NCBI GenBank assembly: GCA_002269645.1
Contig: NIVC01000157.1
Location: 434,001-498,000 of the forward strand
Reading direction: 5' to 3'
From: Macrostomum lignano
Lineage: Eukaryota
Length of the DNA: 64,000 nt
Positions within the stretch are counted from its first letter, which is position 1. Each line of letters begins with the position of its first letter. The translations under genes were made by a program, and so were the position numbers. This document shows positions 11,701 through 23,045 of the stretch, piece after piece. Under the pieces are notes generated by a model. That model was not told where the DNA came from. It worked only from the letters and a program-made list of their open reading frames with translations, and made no database searches.

Positions 11701-14700
11701 TTTTTCGGGGAAGCCAGCAAGTTCTTCGGATCGGTGGCCGACTCGGTGACTGCCACGGTCACCGGTGACCATCACGGCAGGCCGCATCAGCAGCAGCCGC
11801 AGCAGCCGCAGATGATGGGCCGTGGCAGAGGCCAGATGACTCCTCAGCAGCAACAGCAGCAGCAGATGATGGGTGCCGGCCCCAGGCCCGCATGGCAACA
11901 ATCCGGAATGGGGAAGATGACTGGTGGCCCACCGGGATCACAGGTCTCGGGACAGATTGGTATAGGATCTCAGACCGGCCAGATGGGTATGGGATCTCAG
12001 AGTGGCCAGATGGGTATGGGATCTCAGAGTGGCCAGATGGGATCTCAATTTAGCCAGATGGGGTCTCAACCTGGACAACTATCATCGCAGCAAGGACAGA
12101 TGGGACCTCAGTCTGGTCAAATGGGATCTCAGCCAGGGCAGATGGGATCTCAGTTCGGCCAGGCGGGATCTCAATCTGGACAGATGGGATCTCAGCTCGG
12201 TCAGATGGGATCTCAATCTGGACAGATGATATCTCAGCCAGGCCAAATGGGACCTCAATCTGGACAAATGGGATCTCAGTACGGCCAGACGGGATCTCAG
12301 TTCGGCCAGATGGGATCTCAGCCTGGTCAGATGGGATCTCAGCCTGGACAGATGGGATCTCAGTTCGGCCAGATGGGATCTCAGCCTGGTCAGATGGGAT
12401 CTCAGTCTGGACAGATGGGATCTCAGTTCGGCCAGATGGGATCTCAGCCTGGTCAGATGGGATCTCAGTCTGGACAGATAGGATCTCAGCCAGGCCAAAT
12501 GGGATCTCAGTCTGGACAAATGGGATCTCAGTTCGGCCAAATGGGATCTCAGTCTGGTCAGATGGGATCTCAGTTCGGCCAGATGGGATCTCAGCCTGGT
12601 CAGATGGGATCTCAGCCTGGACAGATGGGATCTCAGTTCGGCCAGATGGGATCTCAGCCTGGTCAGATGGGATCTCAGTCTGGACAGATAGGATCTCAGT
12701 TCGGCCAGATGGGATCTCAGCTTGGTCAGATGGGATCTCAGCCTGGACAGATGGGATCTCATTTCGGCCAGATGGGATCTCAGCCTGGTCAGATGGGATC
12801 TCAGTCTGGACAGATAGGATCTCAGTTCGGCCAGATGGGATCTCAGCCTGGTCAGATGGGATCTCAGTCTGGACAGATGGGATCTCAGTTCGGCCAGATG
12901 GGATCTCAGCCTGGTCAGATGGGATCTCAGTCTGGACAGATGATATCTCAGCCAGGCCAAATGGGATCTCAATCTGGACAAATGGGATCTCAGTACGGCC
13001 AGACTGGATCTCAGTCTGGACAAATGGGATCTCAGTTCGGCCAGATGGGATCTCAGCTCGGCGGCCAAATAGGTATGGGATCTCAGGCTAATCAGTTCGG
13101 CCTGGGGGTGTCCCAGGCGAGCCAGATGGGCATGGGGGCGGCCGGCTCGCTGCCTTCGCATTTCGGCGCCAGTCGTTCGGAATTCGGCGGCTTGGACATT
13201 CAGCAGCAGCAGCAGCAGCAGCAACAGGATCTCGGAGCACTTGGCAGTCGCTACAACGAGTGCCGACCGACCTCGGACGAAATCTACGGCATTCGAAAGC
13301 GCTTCTCCTCCGGCGCCGCCGGCGTTGGCGACTATGGCGGAGGTGGCGGCTTTGGCGACTACGGCTCGAACCGGTTTGGCGGGCCCCTCGGCCAGCGACG
13401 AGCCTCGTTGTCCTACCAGAATGTCGCCGACTCGTCGAATCTCGGCGACTACGGCGGCGTCGGTAGGAGCTACGGCCTGGCACCTGGCTCGGCCGCTGAG
13501 CAGCAGCAGCTCGGCGGCGACCCTCTGACTGGCGGAGGCTCGTGGAACATGTCGAGTCTCTCGCGGGAGATTGTGGCAACCTACAGCCAAGGGCTGGGCT
13601 TGGACTCTGGTGGGTTTGACCAGCAACAACAGCAGCAGCAACAGCCGCAGCAGCAGCCCATGTTCAGCCAGGAGTTTCGCACCTACCAGCTGCCCGGCTC
13701 GCGCCTGAGCACCAGCGTGCTGCCGACCAGCTACGGCTCCGCCAGGTTCGAAGCCGGAGGTCCGCCGCCGTCGCAGCCGCAGCAGCAGCAGCAGGAGCGC
13801 TGGATGATGTCCGGAGGAGGCTTCGGTGGCCTCGGCGGCACCGACAGTTTAGCGCTGGTCCGCCGGCAGTCCTTGGCCGGCATGGACCCCCAGATGCAGC
13901 AGCTGGACGGCGGCCTCGGAGGTGTCGGTGGAGGCGGCGTCGGCGGATGGCGAGACGACGGCGGCTGGAATGTCGGCGGCGGCATCTCCGGGCCGATGAG
14001 TCTCGAATGGCAGAAGGCGGAGGACCTGAGTGACCCGGGCGTGCAGATGTGCCGCGAGTTCATGACCAAGTATGTGGATCTGGTCATCAATAGGAGGTGA
14101 GGACGGTTGAACAATGCTTAACTATTCTGCTATAAAAGTTCGGCAAAAGTTGATGACTAATCTGATCATTGCAGTCACATGATGGGTCAGCCGGACAAGG
14201 CCAACTTTTCAAGGATGTGTCAGGTGAGAAAATTTGATGTTGAAGTTAAAAATTGTGAATAAGATTCAGACGTCATTAAAATCTGTTTATTGAGAGACGC
14301 CGAAATCAGTTTATTGGTGGCGCCGAAATCAGTTTATTGGTGGTGCCGAAGTCGGTTTATTGGTGGCGCCGAAATCAGTTTATTGGTGGCGCCGAAGTCG
14401 ATTTTTTGGTGGCGCCGAAATCAGTTTATTGGTGGCGCCGAAATAAGTTTAAATGTGGCGCCAAAATCGGTTTATTGATGGCGCCGAAAGCGGTTTATTG
14501 GTGGCGCCGAAATCAGTTTATTGGTGGTGCCGAAATCGGTTTATTGGTGGCGCCGAAGTCGGTTTATTGGTGGCGCCGAAGTCGATTTTTTGGTGGCGCC
14601 GAAATCAGTTTATTGGTGGCGCCGAAATCAGTTTATTGGTGGCGCCGAAATCTGTTTAGTGAGAGGCGCCGAAATCTGTTTAGTGAGAGGCGCTAGAAAC

Positions 14701-17700
14701 AAATTTTTTGTCCATGAATCAGAATCCAGACGCCATCAAAATTGTCTATCGGTGGCGCCAAATGTTAAAACATCATCCTCTATTCCTTGATTTCAGAAGC
14801 TGCCAGGCCGAGTCTGGTTCGTCAAGGCTCTGGAGATGTACCAACAGCAGCAGCAGAGTCGCGGCATTGGAGGCGGCTTCGCCGACAGACTTGACGAGTC
14901 GGCCTTCTACGCCATGGCGCAGAGCCTGGCGGCTGCCCTGATGGAGTGCAGCCTCGCCGAGGACTGGCGCTCCGCCAGGGCTCTGCTGGATGCCTCCTTC
15001 GTGTTTTACACCAGTGAGCTGCCGCCGCTGCTGCCCGAGGCCACTCCTGGAAACCCTGGGACTCCTTTGTCATCCCTGACACCCACAGCTTTGTAGATCT
15101 GACACCCAAATCATCGCTAATCTTACACCCACAGCTTTGTAGATCTGACACCCAAATCATCGCTAATCTGACACCCACAGCTTTGTAGATCTGACACCCA
15201 AATCATCGCTAATCTTACACCCACAGCTTTGTAGATCTGACACCCAAATCATCGCTAATCTGACACCCACAGCTTGTAGATCTGACACCAAATCATCGCT
15301 ATTATGACACCCAATCATCGCTAATCTGACACCCAAATCATCGCTAATCTGACACCCAAAGCATCGCTAATCTGACACCTAAAGCATCGCTAATCTGACA
15401 CTCAAAGCATCGCTAATCTGACACTCAGAGCATCGCTAATCTGACACCTAATGCATCGTTAATCTGACACCCAAAGCATTGCTAATCTGACACCCAATGC
15501 ATCGCTAACCTGCACTCAAAGCTTCGCTAATCTGACACTCAGAGCATCGCTAATCTGACACTCAGAGCATCGCTAATCTGACACTCAGAGCATCGCTAAT
15601 CTGACACTCAGAGCATCGCTAATCTGACACCCAAATCATCGCTAATCTGACACTCAGAGCATCGTTAATCTGACACTCAGAGCATCGCTAATCTGACACT
15701 CAGAGCATCGTTAATCTGACACTCAGAGCATCGTTAATCTGACACTCAGAGCATCGCTAATCTGACACTCAGAGCATCGTTAATCTGACACTCAGAGCAT
15801 CGCTAATCTGACACTCAAAGCATCGTTAATCTGACACTCAGAGCATCGCTAATCTGACACTCAAAGCTTCGCTAATCTGACACTCAGAGCATCGCTAATC
15901 TGACACCTGACGCCCTGATCCCCCCAGTGCCATCGAACCAGTTCACCTCGGACCGCAAGACCTACCTGTACAACTACCTGAAGGACCAGGGCATCTGGCA
16001 GTCGCAGCGGTTCTGGACTGCCGCATTCGCCGACGCTCTCGAGGCCGAGCAGCGCTCCAGGTGGGGTCCCGGGCTGGGGACCGGTTCTCATGCGCATGTC
16101 GCTTACTTACAGTAGCATAATAAACAGCTTATAACAAATTTTTAAATTTTATGTATAAATAAGGAAAGAGTGAAATATTTCAGCACCAGGCGCGATTCTC
16201 TAACCCGTGAGATTCTCCAACCCGTGAGATTCTCCAACCCGTGAGATTCTCCAACCTATGAGATTCTCCAACCTATGAGATTCTCCAACCCGTGAGATTC
16301 TCCAACCTATGAGATTCTCCAACCTATGAGATCCTCCAACCCGTGAGATTCTCCAACCTATGATATTCTCCAACCTATGAAATCCTCCAAAACGTGCGAT
16401 TCTCCAACCCTTGAGATTCTCCAACCCGTGAGATTCTCCAACCCGTGAGATTCTCCTACCTATGAGATTCTCCAACCTATGAGATTCTCCAACCTGTGAG
16501 ATTCTCCAACCCGTGAGATTCTCCAACCTATGAGATTCTCCAACCTGTGAGATTCTCCAACCAATGAGATCCTCCAAAACGTGCGATTCTCCAACCCGTG
16601 AGATTCTCTAAACCCTGAGATTCTCCAACCCATGAGATTCTCCGACCTATGAGATCCTCCAAAACGTGAGATTCTTCAGCCCCATGAGAGTATCCAGCCA
16701 GTGAGATCCTCCAAACTATGAGATTCTCCAACCTGAGATTCTCCAGCCCGTGAGATTCTCCAACCTATGAGATTCTCCAACCTGAGATTCTCCAGCCCGT
16801 GAGATTCTCTAACCCATGAGATTCTCCAACCTATGAGATTATCCCCTTAAAAATTAATCTTCTTTCCCTTCTCCATATGAGATTATCTCCTTGAGCTGTG
16901 ATTCGTCTTTTAAGGATATTTTCACTAATCTTTATATTAAGGTTATCTCCAGCTTGTGAAGACTGGCTCTCAATGAGACTCGAATCTTCATTAGATTTCC
17001 ACTCATGAGATTCCCTAAATTGAAAACTTTCAGGACGGGGAGCTACGACCAGTCGTCGTACCGGATCACCGCCCTCATCAGGTGAGCTGAGATGCGCGTG
17101 TAATTATGGCATTATTTCGCTGAAATTGAAGTTTGTTCCTAAATACTTACGATCTAGATCTGGTAATGATTCGAGCAGCTTAGACTAAAGGGAACAATGG
17201 ATGCACACAGTTTTAGCATGTACTATGAGTAGCACAATGCGCGTTTTTAACATTATAAAAATTAGTGATAGACAGTAGCAAACAGTAACTATGATAATTT
17301 GCTAACTTTCCTGCTTTCGAAATCATATTGATCTTACTTTTTTATCATCGAGATAGGCAACGAATAAATAGATTTCCAGATTAAAAGTACAGACCAAGGG
17401 CTGTACTGCAGTTGATTTAGCATCACCTCAAATAAAAAGGTGCCCCCTCAGATGAAAAGGCGCCCCCCTCAGATGAAATGGCGCCCCCCTCAGATGAAAT
17501 GGAGCCCCCCTCAGATGAAATGGCGCCCCCTCAGATGAAATGGCGCCCCCTCAGATGAAATGGCGCCCCCTCAGATGAAATGGCGCCCCCTCAGATGAAA
17601 TGGCGCCCCCTCAGATGAAATGGCGTCCCATCAGATGAAATGGCGCCCCCCTCAGATGAAATGGCGCTCCCCTCAGATGAAATGGCGCCCCCTCAGATGC

Positions 17701-20398
17701 AAAGGAGCCCCCTCAGATGAAATGGCGCCCCCTCAGATGAAATGGCGCCCCCTCAGATGAAATGGCGCCACCCCTTAATGAAATGGCGCCCTTCTAAAGA
17801 GAAGAACTCTTAAATGAAGATTTGACTTACTGAATTACTTTGTGAACATTCAGCCTGCATGAAAGTTTGACATAATGATTATTCAGCCAATTAAAAAAGG
17901 CTTCAAAGTTGTTTAAACCTGAATGAAGCGCCTTGGAATTTTGAAGATGTTAATCTTTTTGAGAGCGTACGCTCTCTCTGTGCCTGTGCACCACTCGCTG
18001 TCAGTCCAGAAACATTCTTGACATCCTTAGTTACAGCCTCTGCCCCCGCAGCTGTTGTGTTTGACAAGACAAAACAGAATCGCCACTTTAATATTCTATT
18101 TGTTCGCATTAATTAGCGGCCCCAATGCCAGGCACCCGCTGTGCTGCGCCGCGTGAGGCCAAAACGCAGGCCGCATTGTGTCCGAAGAAAGAAACAACTT
18201 TAATGAACGGCAATTTTAATCAAGCCGGAGAGGGGGGCAGAGGACTCCCCAAGACTCTATCTTGGCTGCTTCAGAATCGGCAACTTATTATGAACTGCTT
18301 GTTTGTGAGTATTCTTCAAAGCCAGAAGGCAGGCAGTGTATAACCAGCTGCCTCTAAGGCCATGCAAAGAGGAGGGGAAAAGCAGAAGAAGAATATCCAG
18401 CTTTCAGCTTTGCCTGGGTAGCTGCGGAGAAAAAGCAGGTCCGCCTGACAATGCCGCTGCCCTGACGGCCACCCCAAGCCCACAACAGAGGAAGTGAAGG
18501 CAGCGGGGGGGACCGCCCTGAGTCAGCCCCGGCGCCCAACTCCGCCTCAGCAGCAGCGGCCAGCTCTCCGGAACGGGAAATTCTTGGCGTCGAAAAGTCT
18601 GCAAACTGTCTGCTTGAAGCGGCTGCTTCTGCTGCTGCTGCTGGCAGAAATTCTATTCAAATTAAGCTCAACCGTTCCACTCTTTGAGAGAGGCTGGTTG
18701 AGATGAAGATGAGGCTTCATTTATATATAGAAAAAGGTAACGCAGCTGCATCTGCGTTGCCACACAGAATTTCGGTTGAGAATGCTCCCGGCTCTGCAAA
18801 GCTCTTGAGCATTGACTGTGCTCACCTACGCGGATTGAGATGCAGTGTGCAGAGTTGAATTGAGTGAAGTATCAACCGAAATGTTTTCAGGGTTATTCAG
18901 AGTCAGATACTTCAAGTGACCTGGATTGGAAGCTCTGGCATCACCCGAGCAGCAATTTCGCAGATTGATTGACAATTTTCAAAAAATCATTGCCCTCGAT
19001 CTATTTTCAAATTGGAACTCAATTTGTTTAAATGCGTAAAATCAATCGCGCGATGCATTCGGAATCCATCAAGAAATGAAAAACGTAATATTTGTGCATA
19101 GTGAAACTTTCAGGCTTCAGTAAAATTGAAGGTTTTCTAGGGTAGAAATTTCCCTGAGTAATTATTGATTAAAAATTAAATTATAATTTTATGAGTTTTA
19201 GAGAAATCCAATTCTTCTGCGCGAAAATCAGCCGGGGTTGTCGTGCGAATCACAGAAATGAGGGCCAACCCCCAATGAGTGCGTGCCTTTGTGTACAGTA
19301 TTGGTGCGCCTGTACGCTTGAGAAGCATGTGCTCAGGCTAGGTGGTAATCAGCAAAATAGTTCTATTTATTTTGCTTATCCCTGTGTGCATGTGTTGATT
19401 GTGTATCGCACAAAAACTTCTGATTTTCCAAAGTTCTTATAAAGTTTCTGAAGCGACAGTGAGCCCTCCGCCCAAATGAATTCAACATTGCAGTTCGTTT
19501 GTCACCAAAATGCAAGGCCTCGAGCTGCGACGAGAAGTCATAGCTGACTTTGTTCGGAAACAGTGCGAGCTGCACCACATCTCGCCAGGTGAGTGTAGAT
19601 GCAGCAGTTGAAGGCAAACGGTTTTTTGGTGTCTTTCGGCTATTCTCTGCATGTGGTGTCTTTGGACGATTATCTGTGGTTTCTTTGGATGATTCTCTGT
19701 GATGTCTTTGGATGATTCTCTGTGGTTTCTTTGGATGATTCTCTGTGGTGTCTTTGGGCGATTCTCTGTAGTGTCTTTGGGCGATTGTCTGCAGTGTCCT
19801 TGGGCGATTCTCTGTGGTGTCCTTGGGCGATTGTCTGCAGTGTCCTTGGGCGATTCTCTGTAGTGTCTTTGGGCGATTGTCTGCAGTGTCCTTGGATGAT
19901 TCTCTGTGGTGTCTTTGGGCGACGATTTTATGTGGTGTCCTTGTGCGATTCTCTGTGGTGTCCTTGTGCGATTCTCTGTGGTGTCTTTGGACGATTGTCT
20001 GTGGTGTCTTTGGGCGATTCTCTGTGCTGTCTTTGGGCGATTTTCTGTGGTGTCTTTGGGCGATTGTCTGCAGTGTCCTTGTGCGATTTTCTGTGGTATC
20101 TTCGGGCGATTCTCTGTAGTGTCTTTGGGCGATTGTCTGCAGTTTTTTTGGGCGATTCTCTGTGTTGTCCTTGGGCGTTTCTCTGCAATGTCGTTGGGCG
20201 ATTCTCTGTGGTGTCTTTGGCCGGTTCTCCGAGCATCAATTAGAAGTTGTTTTGCACACGTAAATACGAATCAGCTGGAAACCCGTTTCTGCAATGCCGC
20301 CCGCAGACCAGCAGGCGATGCTGTTCCAGAGCTTGGACCGAATGGTCATGCCCAGCTATGGCGTATCCGGGATGTCATCCTCCCTACACCAGATGTGA
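11542..20398 (+). CDS. KIAA0513: KIAA0513-like protein (SBF2-type C-terminal domain) with a long N-terminal Gly/Gln/Ser/Met low-complexity repeat region, about 1062 aa
   Basis: Exons 11542-14096, 14175-14223, 14797-15013, 15928-16060, 17034-17081, 19494-19588 and 20307-20398. All introns are GT-AG, phases match, and the total is 3189 nt = 1063 codons ending in TGA. The spliced C-terminus reads CREFMTKYVDLV...GRVWFVKAL...ESAFYAMAQSLAAALMEC...DWRSARALL...KTYLYNYLKDQGIWQSQRFWTAAFADA...SFVTKMQGLEL...DFVRKQ. This is colinear with the KIAA0513 motifs as I recall them ([25 protein letters not shown]). Confidence 0.85.
11965..13075 (+). repeat. Coding 21-bp tandem repeat encoding GSQ[P/S/F/L/Y]GQM heptads, about 50 copies
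   Basis: In frame within the 863-aa ORF. Variation is concentrated at heptad position 4 and at synonymous sites. Confidence 0.95.
14296..14695. repeat. Intronic minisatellite, 23-bp unit GGCGCCGAAATCAGTTTATTGGT
   Basis: Tandem copies inside intron 14224-14796. Confidence 0.93.
15075..15905. repeat. Intronic minisatellite, 23-bp unit TCTGACACTCAGAGCATCGCTAA, with a longer composite unit at its 5' end
   Basis: Fills almost all of intron 15014-15927. Confidence 0.93.
16200..16840. repeat. Intronic minisatellite, 17-bp unit GAGATTCTCCAACC(CGT/TAT)
   Basis: Tandem copies inside intron 16061-17033. Confidence 0.93.
17440..17795. repeat. Intronic minisatellite, 20-21-bp unit TCAGATGAAATGGCGCCCCC
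   Basis: Tandem copies inside intron 17082-19493. Confidence 0.93.
19645..20220. repeat. Intronic minisatellite, 23-bp unit GGGCGATTCTCTGTGGTGTCTTT
   Basis: Fills most of intron 19589-20306. Confidence 0.92.
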
Positions 20399-22049
20399 CG
20401 AGTGTGCACGCGAGTGCAGCTTTGATGTCGACTTGAAAGTTTCTCTGACAAAAACGTCTCCGACACAGTGAACAACCTGGCGGAACAATGCTTATTCATT
20501 TTATTATCTAAATTCCTTAGCTAAAAACATTTCAGTGTTTAATAGTTCATAACTACTTAGCGCTCTTTTAGTGCTTATTGCTAATTCAAACAAATCAAAG
20601 TTCCAGCAATAATTTTATTTAATTTTGAAACTCACGGAAACTAAACTACTAATTGAATTTATAATTGTTATCCAAATTTCCTCTAGCGATATACCAATTT
20701 TGCCTCTCATAAAATACATTGATTGCACTGTTACATGTACATGGGACTATACCTCGTGGCAGGTTAAATGTGAATATAAATTGAAATCAGGAATCGTAGT
20801 CAGCAAAACTATTTCGTTTTCAATTTAAAACAATGTTTCATTTATTAGTGTCTTAAAAAATAATGATAATTTTAAAAGAAAATATCCACATTTTTCCTAA
20901 ATCGGAGTTCCAGGCCCATATAGTCAATTTATAATTACATCGCACGAAACTCTGAAGCATAATACTTTTTGTTAATTCTAGAACGCTTTGCTTAAATTTT
21001 TAGTTTTCGCTCATATTTTTCTATTAATTTAGCACGCAGCAATTGCAATTAGTTATTTTGTTAGACTTTTCACTTTTATTAATACACTTTTCAGTACACG
21101 CCATTTTAAACACAAGAAGTTTGCTCCAAAAAAATCTTTTTGTTTTACCTAGCTAATTTTTATTTGTTCTTTAGCGTTTTACCACCAATATTTTTACTGA
21201 TCAAGCGCACGATTCGGGAGTAATTATTAATTAACCCACAATTAGCATAATAATAATAATAATACAAAACCAACTGACTGTTTGTAACATTGCTCTTTTT
21301 TAATGTTGTTTAAAATGAATATCAAATTTGAAAGCTTTTTAGACATTTTCATATATTTATTTATTAGCATATTTACGGTTTGTTTAAACATCTGCTAAAG
21401 CGATTTAAATATAATATAGTTATACGTTTGACAAAACACCCACAGTACGAGCGTACGCTATGAAACTAAAATAATGTTTCTTTCCATAGACTTTTCAGTC
21501 AATGATTTGAAGGAGTTTATTTAATTTATTATTCTATTTAGTTCAGGTTGGTGGTTGGTGGCCGCACCTTATCATTTGTACAAGATTGCATTTGTGGTCC
21601 ATTTTTATAACCAACAAAGACTAGCTGCATTAACATATACGAGCGTAGGTTAGCTATTCAAATATAAAAGTTGCAAAACAGCGGTTTATAGTAGGACAAT
21701 TTCAGTAATGAAAATTTTAGATAGAAGGCAGTTCAGCAAAGAATGTTTGTACAAGGAGCACTAGCTACTACGTCACTTAGAATTCGACGATGAGAGACAA
21801 AAGGCTGGGAACAGTTGAAACGTACAAAAAAACAATGTAACAAGTGGCTTTTTGAGATCTATAGTGTTCAAAAATCAATGGCAAGAAAAGTAAGCAAATA
21901 TTTTTGTTGTTTTTGCACATATTTACTTTCAATCAGTTTTTTAATTTATTATATTTAGTTCACTTAGCTACTCACTGAATGTCTCTGATGATTGATGAAG
22001 CATTAGGTAGCAAACCATTGTCATACGAGCTACTAGCTACTCATACTTC

Positions 22050-22770
22050 CTACCCCTCTAACCCACCACCCAATCCCAATTCCTACCCTCTAACCCACCA
22101 CCCCATCCCAATTCCTACCCCTCTAACCCACCACCCCATCCCAATTCCTACCCCTCTAACCCACCACCCCATCCCAATTCCTACCCCTCTAACCCACCCC
22201 CATCCCAATTCCTACCCCTCTAACCCACCACCCCATCCCAATTCCTACCCCTCTAACCCACCACCCCATCCCAATTCCTACCCCTCTAACCCAACACCCC
22301 ATCCCAATTCCTACCCCTCTAACCCACCACCCAATCCCAATTCCTACCCCTCTAACCACCCCATCCAAATTCCTACCCCTCTAACCCACCACACCATCCC
22401 AATTCCTACCCTCTAACCCACCACCCCATCCCAATTCCTACCCTCTAACCCACCACCCCATCCCAATTCCTACCCTCTAACCCACCACCCCATCCCAATT
22501 CCCCTACCCTCTAACCCACCACCCATCCCAATTCCTACCCCTCTAACCCACCACCCATCCCAATTCCTACCCTCTAACTCCCAATTCCTACCCCTCTAAC
22601 CCACCACCCCATCCCAATTTCTACCCCTCGAACCCACCACACCATCCCAATTCCTACCCCTCTAACCCAACACCCCATCCCAATTTCTACCCCTCGAACC
22701 CACCACCCCATCCCAATTTCTACCCCTCTAACCCACCACTCCATCCCAAAATTTCTACCCCTCTGACCCA
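22050..22770. repeat. Minisatellite, about 33-bp unit CCCCATCCCAATTCCTACCCCTCTAACCCACCA (G-rich on the minus strand)
   Basis: Tandem copies just downstream of the Sox stop codon. Confidence 0.93.
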
Positions 22771-22903
22771 CTGCCGCAGTCAGGGAGAAGAACTGTACTC
22801 ACGTAAAGGTGTCGACTTACATTATTAACTAAACATGCAGGACCTACAGAGTGCAGTCTAACTCACAGAGCAACTCAGTTTCAAACGTATTGGTCAGTTG
22901 TGG

Positions 22904-23009
22904 CTACATATCACCTAGAAGAGTTTGACCTGTAGAATCCATGCCAGACTGAGCATAGTGCATTGTGTACATCTGCATGTGCATCTGGTTTAAGTCAACA
23001 AACGGATGT

Positions 23010-23045
<36 letters not shown>

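Noticed and set aside
12082-13641. 519-aa antisense ORF (LRSHL repeats)
   Set aside because: It is the antisense shadow of the GSQxGQM coding repeat. The plus-strand frame splices into a recognisable domain.
22795-22920. Donor-like sites after or near the Sox stop (for example AC|GTGAGT at 22802, AAT|GTAAGT, CT|GTGAGT)
   Set aside because: I could not identify a matching acceptor or downstream exon, so a 3' UTR intron or alternative C-terminus is unsupported without RNA data.
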